Positions 12,667-24,614 of a DNA stretch of 64,000 nucleotides are shown here, one piece after another. The notes beneath the pieces are model-generated. The model saw nothing but the letters and a program-made list of their open reading frames with translations. It ran no database searches and had not been told where the DNA came from. The position numbers and the translations under genes were made by a program. The stretch is from positions 98,518,001-98,582,000 of the forward strand of contig OZ024741.1 of the NCBI GenBank assembly GCA_964016885.1, read 5' to 3'. The stretch comes from Eledone cirrhosa (lineage: Eukaryota). Each line of letters begins with the position of its first letter. Position 1 is the stretch's first letter.

Positions 12667-13716
12667 GAATGTATGCATATACGTATATTAGTTTGTATGT
12701 ATTAAAGTAGTTTTGCATGCTTTTATGTATGTATATATTTATCTATCTATGTGCGTATGTGTGTATATGTATGCAGGCATGCTTACATAAATATATGTGA
12801 TGCATATTTGTATGTATGTGTTTATGTTTGTCTGTATGTATATGTTAAAAAGCGTCATCTTCACAATAACACTTTAACAATGCCGGAAAGACTCTAAAAC
12901 CAAAAGTATATAAAGAAAGTCTTCATATCATTCGGTACTTCACTGTTATTACGTCACTAGTTAAATGACAATAGACATTCTGCATATCGCTTACCATCAG
13001 TGTACTCCACTAGGAATGTCCTGACTTGCAAGATCCAGTTAATTTTGTGTTTTCCAGCCAGAAACTACAATATATTTCTACTACTTGTCTTCTCTAAACA
13101 ATTTGAAGGTACAACCAAATCAACCCTTAAAATATACTCTAAGTATTACAGCTACTTGGATTCCTCATTGTACAAGATATTGTTAATGGGTAGGAGAAAC
13201 GTACAATCAAAATATAAGGAACTCATTGCCACACGCGTAAACCTCATTTGTTTCACACACTTGCTCTGTCTCTCTTTCTCTTTTTTTTCTCTCTCTCTCT
13301 TTCTCTCTTTGTCTATCTATCTATCTTCTCTTTCTCTTCCCCTCTCTCACCATTTCTCCGCCATTTCCTCATTCTTTCTTTCTTTCTTTCTCTCTTATCC
13401 CCCCCCCCCCCAGATCTCTCTGTATATATATATATATATAAAATGATATTAAATAAATGGAAACTATATTTATAAAACCATATTTATTTTATTATATATA
13501 TTTCAAGGGTAACCAAGACAACATTGGTACACTTTCATCACATAAAATACAAAGTTTGTTTTATAAATAGAGACATACCCAAGAAAACGATACCTTTTCG
13601 GTTGGAAATTCACTGGATATCATTGAATATTTACTCCAGTAAACTGTTGTGTGCTCTAAATCAGTTATTAAAAATTTATATTTGACGGACTTCCAACAAA
13701 TTAAATACCACTTCTA

Positions 13717-13779
<63 letters not shown>

Positions 13780-14236
13780 TTCCTCTCTCTAATATAGTAT
13801 GTATATATATAGGGAGAGGAAACACATATATACATACATGCCTTTGTTGTATTCGTTTTATATGTATAAGTAAAGAATATATGCCAGTTTCTCTCTTTAT
13901 ATGTGTGTTCATGTGTTGGGCGGGGGAAACAATCATGCGGTTTTCACGATATACTTGTATGTAGCCAGTATTTTCTCCTTGAAGTGTGTGAATAATTCTC
14001 ATCCCTGAGGTGGATAACCTCGCTGACCTTCTCTTAGATCCGGTCATAGATCCGGTCAACTACACCTCCTCGATTTGTATTTACATTTTCCGAATACACA
14101 CATTCTCACAAGATATAGATGCGCTTACATGCGAACACACGCAAGCTCATAAATGTAAGTATACAGAAAGATATATAAATATTTAAATATATATATTAAA
14201 ATATTCCTGTACATGTATGTGTATGTATGTGTATGC

Positions 14237-14271
<35 letters not shown>

Positions 14272-14320
14272 TGTATGTATGTATGTATGTATGTATGTAT
14301 GTATGTATGTATGTACGTAT

Positions 14321-14928
14321 GTCAGGTCACCAGTTGGTGCTACTGGTAACATGTATCCCAGTACAACCTGTCCCATGGTCGGGTCGTTGGCGACTAAACT
14401 GGCAACTCCACCAAGGTTTCTTGGTGAGTAGGGTGACTTTGGACATCCTGCAGGACTAAAAACAAAACCTGTCAAACGGCAAAGGAGCTCTTAAGAGTCA
14501 ATGGCCATCCAAAATCACCGGGAGAGATGACCCCTTAGCCTTTGTCAAGGCAGAATTCTAGGAGAAGGAAAACTCTGATATAACACCTGCAACCCTGATG
14601 GTTTCCAATGATGTTGACTTGTTCTTCTTTTTGGTAAATATCATCTTGGTTAAGAGAGTGGGACTGGCTTTGTGCAGTGCCTTTGCTCACTATAAAAGCT
14701 TCACGGCACAGGCATTGCTTTATATCTGGATATCTCTCTGCAATTGTCGTCACATAGTACCATGGGCCCAGCACTATGTGTCAATAATTGTCACAAGTGT
14801 AGTGTTTGTACCAGAGTTTTCAAGTCGCTGGCTGGACTAAAAAGTCACACTCGTTCAGCACATCGGTAGGGGTTAACCTACATGGATATAAAGTAGTGGC
14901 CGTACTCGAAAACGAGTTGACAGCCACC
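14321..14928 (+). mobile_element. Non-autonomous RTE-type element inserted in (TATG)n
   Basis: Contains CTAGGAGAAGGAAAACTCTGA, characteristic of RTE 5' UTRs. It has no RT ORF, and (ATGT)n flanks both sides. Confidence 0.55.
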
Positions 14929-15199
14929 ATGTATGTATGTATGTATGTATGTATGTATGTATGTATGTATGTATGTATGTATGTATGTATAAATGTGTGT
15001 GTGTGTCTGTGTGTGTGTGTGTGCGTGCGTGCGTGTGCGTATGTGTGTGAGTGAATTTGTTTTTCAGAATGCATAACTATAAATCCGCAGTAATAAACAT
15101 AGAGATACAACAAAAGTTTTGTATGTGGAAAATTAAATAATGCTACTACTGCTGCCACTATTTGTGTTGATGCTCCCGGGATTAATATTACTGATAATA

Positions 15200-15371
15200 A
15201 TTGTATCTACTTTTAGGCACAAGGCCAGCAATTACCCAGTACATTACTGGTACTTTATTTTATCGACCCCGTAAGGATGAAAGGCAAAGTTAACTTCGGC
15301 GGGAATTGAACTCAGATCGTAAAGGGACATAACTATGCTGGAAAGCATAATCCAACCCTCTATCGATACTA
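15200..15371 (-). mobile_element. tRNA-derived SINE, family A
   Basis: B-box GAGTTCAATTCCC, core GCCTTTCATCCTTACGGGGTCGATAAAATAAAGTACCAG (resembles a Meta/MESC-type domain, inferred) and the shared tail. Confidence 0.85.
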
Positions 15372-15811
15372 ACAAATCACCAATGGTTTCTGATTGAGGC
15401 AAAAGGTCAGCAATATTGGAGGAAGAGAAGGTTGATTAAATTGACCCCATTGCAGTAGTCGAAAAGAAGAAGAAGAAGAAGAAGAAGAAGAAGAAGAAGA
15501 AGAAGAAGAAACAACAGAGTGATGATTGTGAAAGTTGAGGAAAGCTTCATGGGTCAAACGTTTAGACAATGTTTTTTTTTTAGCTAAAATATATATATTC
15601 AGACACACGCGCGCAAACACGCACGCACATTTATAAATACATAATAGTAATAATAAATCCAAATACCAAAATCCAAAGAGTACTCGATAAGGGTTATATA
15701 CATATAACCCTTATCGTGTATACTCTAGGAATGTATCCTACATTACGTATTGATTACGCTGAGATACAACTGGTCCTGGCATTGATAAATATGCTGGGTC
15801 TGTCAACTCCT

Positions 15812-15856
<45 letters not shown>

Positions 15857-16719
15857 CGTAAATCATACATCTGTTATTAGTACAGATTAAATATTTAAGC
15901 TAAGAATGTCTGCTTTCATCCTAAACGGGATCATCTGAAACAGAGAAAAATCAATCTGTAGACACAGAAATAAATATTCCAAAAACATTACGACCAAATA
16001 TTGCCTTTAGAAAACAGGAAGTGTGTGAGGAAGTTCTCTTGGTATTAGCAAACTATATGCAAGGGGAATTAAGAAGAAAGAATGGAAAAAATCAAATTCT
16101 TGCTCTGAAATCAGCTACCATATATGGAAATACACGCGAAATGTTTCAGACGTTAGCTTCGCAATCATAATATTTCTGGTAACCTGGTAAACGTCTATCT
16201 CTGTGACATATTGGGCAAATGTCATTTATCATATCCTCAGTTCTACCTAAGCCTTGACAATTAAACTGATTCCACACAGACTTTTAGGAAGTGTATAGAT
16301 AATACCTGTCATCTGGGAATTACGTTACGGGTACTCGTATCAGTGTAATGTACAGCCAGACAATAAACCAGTTTAGGAGTGATATGGGATATGTATGGCT
16401 TTAAATTTATTTTTGTAGGTTATGTTACATGGTCTCATCTTCAGAATCAGAAAGGCCATATTAGTAGTCTGTTGATCACGTGTTTAGTAGATGTCGTAAA
16501 GTATCATGGAAATTGTAGAAGAATCATATAAAGAACTCCCCTGTGTAAAACGAATATTAGTTAACAACGTGTATCCCAACACATTAGAAAATCCTTTTAA
16601 TAATATGAGAACCAATTTAGTGTTAATGATACACCGGAACAGTGCGAAGAGAGAATATACGAAGCACACATTTGCATCCTACAAGAACCAAATTCATCAT
16701 GGTTATGATGGGGATGAAT

Positions 16720-17062
16720 TTAAAAAGTAAAGATCCCCTTCGGTCACGAATGACCATGGGATTAACACCTAGAAAGTTTCCCTCTGAGTCACAAGTCCGA
16801 GTAAGGTTGTTTGCGGAAGACCAGCAGTCACCAATGCATACCAGCCTCCCCTCTCCACGCCCCCGATGATGTCCAAGGGAAAGGCTGGCACAGCTTGACA
16901 CAAGAGACGTCGCAACTCATTTCTACAGCTGAGTAAACTGGAGCAATGTGAAATAAAGTGCCTTGCTCAAGAACACAACGCATCACCCGGTCCGAGAATA
17001 GAACTCACACCCTTCCGATTGCAAGCCCAATGCTCTAACCACAAAGCCATGCGCCTTCACAA
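16720..17062 (-). mobile_element. tRNA-derived SINE, family B (CORE/V-like domain), with a 10-bp TSD
   Basis: Head GGCGCATGGCTTTGTGGTTAGAGC...GAGTTCTATTCTC, body GTGTTCTTGAGCAAGGCACTTTATTTCAC. TSD GGGGATGAAT at 16710-16719 and 17063-17072. Confidence 0.85.
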
Positions 17063-17618
17063 GGGGATGAATACGTCATTAAAATACGTATAAAATTACA
17101 GCATAGATTCATCCTAACCACCCAATCCTATTTGGTAAATATTACAAAAATACCAAAATGATGAACCTTCCCTTTAACCGGAAACTACACTCTATAAATC
17201 GCAGAATGTACTGCAAATGACTATGGTGATATATAAATTCCAATGCAAACATGAACCTCGAAATAGGGCGAATAATTACGGAGGCTAAACAAAAAGTTAA
17301 CACCCGGGTACAGCATACGCGAAGACAACTTTAAGAACCGCCATCGCTTAACCATTGCTAAGCACGAGACCAACATGCGACTTGCATGACTATTCTAATT
17401 CTAAATATAGAGACGCGAAGCCTTCAAAACGTAAAATACACATATTTAAAAACGCTACTATTGTAACCTAAACATCAAAATTAACATGAAGCATGCATAT
17501 AAAATATGAAACATCCATAATACAACTGGTGACTAATCCTGACTTCCCTAATTATAAATACATACATACATATGTAAGTACGTACAAACATACATCTGCG
17601 CGCACGTACACACACACA

Positions 17619-17702
<84 letters not shown>

Positions 17703-18032
17703 AATGTATGTATGAAATTTCGTTTCATTTTTTCCGTATATATATCTATATATATATATATATATATATATAAACGGAAAAGATGAAACGCAATTTCATT
17801 TCTCACTCTTAGTACGGCGGTTACTTGAATATAAGTATATATACGTACATACAGAGGTACAGTAGTATGTATATATATATACATACATGCACACATATAT
17901 ATATATATATGTACGTATGGATTTACCGAACATTTATTATAATGCTCGGTGTGTTTGTAAATAAATAACACGAATTAAGCCGTACGGTGTCTAGCAAAAA
18001 TCGTTGCTCATATGTTCAACACTGACAAAGGA

Positions 18033-18075
18033 ACGCTGTACTAGTTTCAAGCTTATTAGCTATCGTCAGCAACGT
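18033..18075 (-). ncRNA. Type I minimal hammerhead ribozyme, intact core
   Basis: ACGTTG-CTGACGA-T AGCT aata AGCT T-GAAA-CTAG-TA-CAGCGT. Stem I has 6 bp, stem III is the palindrome ACTAGT, and the triplet is GUA. Position 10.1-11.1 is U.U. Confidence 0.8.
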
Positions 18076-18410
18076 ATACCTTCCTGCCAGATGATTGAAC
18101 GTCTGAAAGTATATACTTTCCTTATGCATATTAACGGCTGAGCAGCCTAATTTGCATATCGAGTGAGTTAATCAGCCGGGGTACCGAAAACGATAAATGG
18201 AAAAAATGAAACGAAATTTCATTTCTCACTCTTAGTACGGCTGTTACTTAAATATAAGTATGTATACGTACATACATATATGTATACAGACGTACAGTAG
18301 TATGTATATAAATATATTCATACATGCACACATATATATATATATATGTACAGGAATATGCATAAGGAAATATATACTTTCAGACGTTCCATCATCTGGC
18401 AGGAAGGTAT

Positions 18411-18453
18411 ACGTTGCTGACGATAGCTAATAAGCTTGAAACTAGTACAGCGT
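18411..18453 (+). ncRNA. Type I minimal hammerhead ribozyme, intact core
   Basis: Identical motif to 18033-18075, on the opposite strand. Confidence 0.8.
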
Positions 18454-18664
18454 TCCATTGTCAGTGTTGAACAAATGAGCAACGATGGTTGCTAGACACT
18501 GTATGGCTTAATTCGGGATGTTTGTTTACAAACACACCGAGCATTATAATAAATGTTCGATGAATCCATACGTACATATATATATGTGTGCATGTATGTA
18601 TATATATATACACACTACTGTACGTCTGTATACATATATGTATGTACGTATACATACTTATATT

Positions 18665-18698
<34 letters not shown>

Positions 18699-19718
18699 AA
18701 TATAAGTATGCATATATATATATAGACACAGAGAGAGAAAGTGAGACAGAGCGATGACTATGCTTAAACATATATATCTGAATATGCGTTGTTATCCCCA
18801 GAAAGGTATGTGTATATATCCTTATATCAAATAAACTCAATAATGTTATGCCTACGTGCTTCAAGTGTATTCATAGTCAACTTATGACGTGCACTTTATG
18901 TTTGTCTCACCTCCGTCCTCGTCACTATCATTCTGCTGTGTTTTTTCGACACATTTTCCTATAGGTATAAATGTGTAAATGTATACGTAAGTTTAATATC
19001 TGTGTCTTTGAATATTATATTAATATTTGTTAGAGCAATACATTTCTCAACATTAGGATTGGTTTCTTTTTTACCCGTCACTAACTGAACAAAATCACAA
19101 CATTTTGAATCCCTAAAGAGCTATAAGGCACTCATTGCATCTTTAGAATTTGTGAGTTAAGTTCATCATAAAGGTTGCAGAAAGGGTTAATACATTCCCA
19201 GTTGATATTGACAGCCCATATTCCCTGTTGCTTGGATCCATTTACCTTCAACGAAGTAGTTTTCATGTTTATTTTATTCGCAGGTTTTCTTTTCTCTCCA
19301 ACCACATATTCTCTCTTATAAATGAAGATATTTTTTTAAACGAAAATCATAAGAAAAGAAAAAAATATGATCAAGTTGTCATATAGTTCTGAAATTAATT
19401 CATGCTTTTAAGCAATTCATCTTGTTAGAGGCGATTGGCACCTCTCATTTACAAATGTCAACTAGATTTTCTGCATTTTAATGCAGAATAACTTGTTGAC
19501 ATTTATAAATATAATATAAAAATTCTTGTTTACACTGCAGTTAAATGTTGGTCTAGAGGCGTGACTGGGTAAGTAGTGTATTGGGGGGGGGGTGTAATGG
19601 TGGAGGTGGTGGTGGTTGATTATTTATTGACATTACTGCAAGCGAATTCCAAAACGCAGTATTCAAAGTTGTGTCAATCTGAAGCACTTTATTTCTAGGC
19701 TCATATCTCATTGACAAA

Positions 19719-19749
<31 letters not shown>

Positions 19750-19780
19750 CATATATATATGTGTAAGTATATTATGCATA

Positions 19781-19938
<158 letters not shown>

Positions 19939-20592
19939 GAAGGTAATATCGATATATATATATATATATAATAGTATAATAGTAGAAGCATAGAAGCTTC
20001 CATAAATATTTCGATCTTATTGTCCTAAACTGCTCAATGAAAACAAGTGCGGAAACACCGTATCAGGGCAAATTCATAAACGATAATGTCATGCAGCAAC
20101 AATACCCGAATAGAACATAAAGCACAACGAGATCAGAGAAATCAAAGTAGTTTCAAAGTTTAACAAAGTAACGCTAAAATAATTACACTTCTTTACCATC
20201 AGGACCGTATAGTTTTCAATCATGAATATGCTGGATGGCGCAAAAATCACGCACCAAGCTAATTTCAAGAAAAAAAAGTTTATATAAGAGTGACGATAAT
20301 CTTTTATTTGCTCACATTACATCTATTATCACAAAACAATTCACTCACAACAAGAAATGTTTTGCAATAAATGTTCATATTGATTTCACTCACATTCATT
20401 ACATTTCTGAAAACGAAACCAAAGAGATTTATTCAAGACTTCAGTGTCAATCTTTGAACGCTTATGTTTTCTATTAATTCTTCAACACTTCTCAGACGAG
20501 TTGTATAGACAACGGACACCAAAAAATATGAAAATATTATGGTAGTGTTATTTTACTAATGCGTTAATTTTGTACCACCCTGTTTAGATTTA

Positions 20593-21133
20593 CGAGGGGG
20601 CTTCAAAAGGTTCGAGGAAAAAGTACATAGCTAAAGGTTATATGCATGGATTTTGATCTCAATGCACCTGTACGTTCTCCTACTAACGTGTCATAACATC
20701 TTCTAACGTGAACCATTAAATGCTACGTGGACCCTAGCAGTCGGACCCTACCACCCGCCCAAGCAGCTTGACCTCCATCAAAACATTAAATTCAAGGTGA
20801 AGCTATTGTGGAAGAGCAGCCAAATCATTGACGCTTTGGAGCAAGCTTATGGGGACAATGCCCCAAAGAAATCAACAACCTACAAAAAGATAAGTCATTT
20901 TTAGAAGTGGAAGAGACGAGGTTGAACATGTTCCCTAGTTGAAAATGTAAAAAAAGGTGCTTTGACATTGTTTAAACCGCATGGGGCTCAGTTTTACACA
21001 GAGGACACAAAGGCTGGTATCAACGCTTGCAGATGTGTATTTACCTAGATGGAGCATATGTTGAAAGATAAACATCATAATATAATCCGTTATTTCCAAC
21101 TGTCCTTTTTTCACGAACTTTTTGAAGCCCCCA
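20593..21133 (+). mobile_element. Internally deleted mariner transposon
   Basis: TIRs GGGGGCTTCAAAA(G/A)GTTCG with TA flanks. It retains an N-terminal transposase remnant (NIKFKVKL..IIDALEQAYGDNAPKKST..SGRDEVE) and the C-terminus (WYQRLQMCIYLDGAYVER*). Confidence 0.88.
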
Positions 21134-21169
21134 TATATATATATATATATATAAATAGGGACAAGTATG

Positions 21170-21265
21170 ACCCTGACGGCAGAGCTCAAACCCTTTCGAC
21201 GGCTATTTCTGGACTAAATAAGAACTTTTAGCCTGGTAAATAAATAGCCGAACTTCTCAGGGGGT
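21170..21265 (-). ncRNA. Degenerate hammerhead with extended stem II (solo pLTR-like end)
   Basis: ACCCC-CTGAGAAG-ttCGGCTATTT..AAATAGCCGtc-GAAA-..GAGCTC..-GTC-AGGGT. Confidence 0.55.
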
Positions 21266-22706
21266 ATTTTCTTATATGGGAAGATAGTAATTTTCAAAAG
21301 GATTGGTAAAAAATGTGTTGTAAAGACAGATGAATCTATCAAGGCATTTGGTGGGAGATAGGGGTGGCTGAACTTGCCGGTAGAACAAAGAGGGAATGGG
21401 GGAAACCCAGTCAAGCGTTGAAAGTGAAATCTATACAGCAGATTCTAAGGATAGTGTATAAATGGTCGAAAAAAGTGTACTGGAGAAGAGGAAGGGGGAG
21501 TTGAAAGAATAGGTAAATCGAAAGGGAGTAAAAAAAAAAACCCATTATAAAAATAAGGAAATAATTATATAAAAAACAATTTCTGGTTACTACTCCATTT
21601 CACAATCAACAAATCTCTCATTAGTATTGCTAAGCTATAGAAAAGTTTAATAGGTGGAGAATGGGAAAAATACTAAATACGAGATTGTAGTGAAAGAATG
21701 TTATAAAGCCGGCTTTACAGGGGGTCTAACACCACTGCTATAGATAGTTAGTAATCAGTCAATGCTATCTTACAATGACAGGTTAACAAGTTGAGAACAA
21801 AAATACTAGAATACTACTAGAAAAATACTAATACAAAATATTAATACAAAAATACTAATACAAAAATACTAATACGATAGATAATTACACTATTTTTTAG
21901 CAACAACTCTAGTCCCACACTTTAGAAGGTTTATTATAACATTCTGTGGCTCTTTTTGAGCTTGCACATTTTTCAGGTCTAATTTAATATTTTTTTAAGT
22001 CAACGCTTGTAATAACTCTAGTTAAACATGATATATATTAATAATAAATTATCGTTGTAATGTAATTAGATTATATAATTGTTATTTTATAAATGATCTT
22101 ATAAATATTATTGTAAGATGTAAAAAAATATTTTCAGACTTTTAATATAAACAACTACAAAAATCAATCAATATTAAATAAATATATTTTACATAATAAT
22201 TGTTATAGTTGAATTAATAAAAATTAAATATTACATACCAATAGTCTAACATAATAATAAAAAAATAATCTAACATAATAATAAAATAATCTAACATAAA
22301 ACGAACAATAATATGGACAAGTAAATATGATACAACAAATATTACAAGCATGTTATAACGAACTGAAAAAAAATAGTTAATATATATTTAAAAAAATCAT
22401 ATATAAATTAACAATATAACTTACCAAATCGAGAAAAATATTTTGATGATAAAACGACGAAATACAGGAGGAAGATTCGAAAGCGAAAGGATAAATAAAC
22501 GTGCAAACAAAGTGGCGGATGCTTTTGAGCAACAATTACTCTCATTGGTTGATTAGCCAATAAGACGATACATTACAAAAGATGTTTGGCAGGGATCACC
22601 CCAACCAGCGAAACGCCTTGAATTTTTTTATTCACAAGCTACGCATATATGTCACAGAAGACATGCAGACTTAAAACGTTCTGTTGTTAGTCACTGCGTG
22701 CCAAAC

Positions 22707-22770
<64 letters not shown>

Positions 22771-22779
22771 ATAGTCAGG

Positions 22780-22985
22780 ACCCCGACGGCTGAGCTCCAG
22801 CCGTTTCGACAGCTGCGTTTATGCATTTTAATATATCTCTTTAATTATAATGTATTCCTATAACTTTCGTGGTTTCTATGTTTTTCACACTGTAATTGAA
22901 AACATACTCTTTCGTGTTTTCTCCGCTCTATATTGTATTATGAAGAGCCTTGAGCTCATAAAATTACAGGGATAAACGCGAGTCT
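22780..22985 (-). ncRNA. 3' half of a hammerhead from the same family as 21170-21265
   Basis: GAAA-CGGCTG gagct CAGCCG-TC-GGGGT gives a perfect stem III and a GUC triplet. Stem II arms GCGTTTAT/ATAAACGC lie ~150 nt apart. The 5' core is not recognisable. Confidence 0.5.
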
Positions 22986-23009
22986 TTAACTCCTTTGTTT
23001 CATTTGATA

Positions 23010-23422
<413 letters not shown>

Positions 23423-23740
23423 ACACACACAGAAATATCCACGGTTAGTTGTGGGGTCTAGTCTGCATGAAGAACTCAATGTAATCCATATGTTGAAAAT
23501 GTTGTAGGTTAAAATAAATCCCGACAAACAATAAAACATCAAAAGGAAAACAGAGTCATGATATAAGTTAAAACAATGAAATAAAAATTCAAGTCAATAG
23601 GAATATACTTCACTGCTTTACGATCGTTTCTACGTGATAATATTACATCGTACGCATATTTCGTTATCGATCTATGTAAGGTTAGTTACAAAATATCAAA
23701 TAAGGAATATATTTACCTACGTGAATATCGTCAGCCGTTG
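23423..23740 (-). mobile_element. Solo pLTR-like element with an interrupted hammerhead
   Basis: CTGACGA...GAAA-CGATCG-TA, followed by the terminal motif ATTACATTGAGTTCTTCATG, which is also found near 9520, 29790 and 31330. It ends in microsatellite. Confidence 0.55.
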
Positions 23741-24285
23741 TCAAAAGCAATGCAAATTTTAATCAAAATCAATAGTAAATTGAGTTCTATGACCTTATTT
23801 GGAGGTAGCTGAAGAATAAACCAATCAAATAGTGTTTTGCAATATGATGTTAAGACGAAATATAACTCACTTTAGTTAAAGTCATGACCTTTTGAAAGGA
23901 ATGGTTGAATTGTGTTAAAAATAGAATTACTATGAAGAACCTATGAAGAAAAGGGATTGTTGTATTGATAGTGGAATGTAGATGGTGGAGTAAAGTATAA
24001 GTAATCAATCCCAGATAAATACATGTTGACATATAGCCAAAACGCACCATTTTCTTAGATCACAAAAGTACATATACTCACATATATATAGAGGTATAAT
24101 TACATAGATACTCGATTAAAAACATACATACGCATACATAGATATATACATATACATACATACACGCACACATACACACATATATATACATACATATATA
24201 AACACAGATATATATACACACACATACATGTACATACACATATACACCCACACACGTATACACACACACACACATATATATATAT

Positions 24286-24337
<52 letters not shown>

Positions 24338-24341
24338 TCTT

Positions 24342-24386
<45 letters not shown>

Positions 24387-24614
24387 TCTTATCATACATA
24401 CATACATGTATACCCATGCAATTACAGGTGGTTATGTACCTTGATGCCCTTAGTCAATAACGCATGAATCAATGGAAGGTAAAAAATTAAAATTAAAAAA
24501 TTAAAAAATTAACAGGAAGGCGTATATTTAGGAGGAGGGGATACTAACAAAAAGGTACGTCACATAGAGCTATAGTGAGCTGCTATTTAGAATGTTTAAT
24601 TAGGTTTATAGTAC

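Larger units (their letters stand above)
17712..18662. mobile_element. Retrozyme-like HHR element, locus 1: ~1.35 tandem units (minus, 17774-18351) plus an inverted partial unit (plus, ~18355-18662)
   Basis: ~425-bp periodicity (17776 vs ~18199) and two HHRs in opposite orientation. No ORF; located in (TA)n. Confidence 0.8.

Noticed and set aside
13580-13716. Possible long-loop HHR half (GTTGGAA..TTCCAAC-CGAAA); similar hints at ~12880 and ~57495-57600
   Set aside because: There is no recognisable CUGANGA or stem I, so these could be chance matches.
15677-15726. 50-bp hairpin
   Set aside because: The hairpin is real but short, with no second copy or functional clue.
16980-17058. tRNA gene
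   Set aside because: It is the tRNA-derived head of a SINE, with body, tail and TSD; the cloverleaf is incomplete.
20150-20583. Tc1/mariner-like terminus CAGGGTGGTACAAAA (minus strand)
   Set aside because: No partner TIR or transposase remnant could be confirmed.
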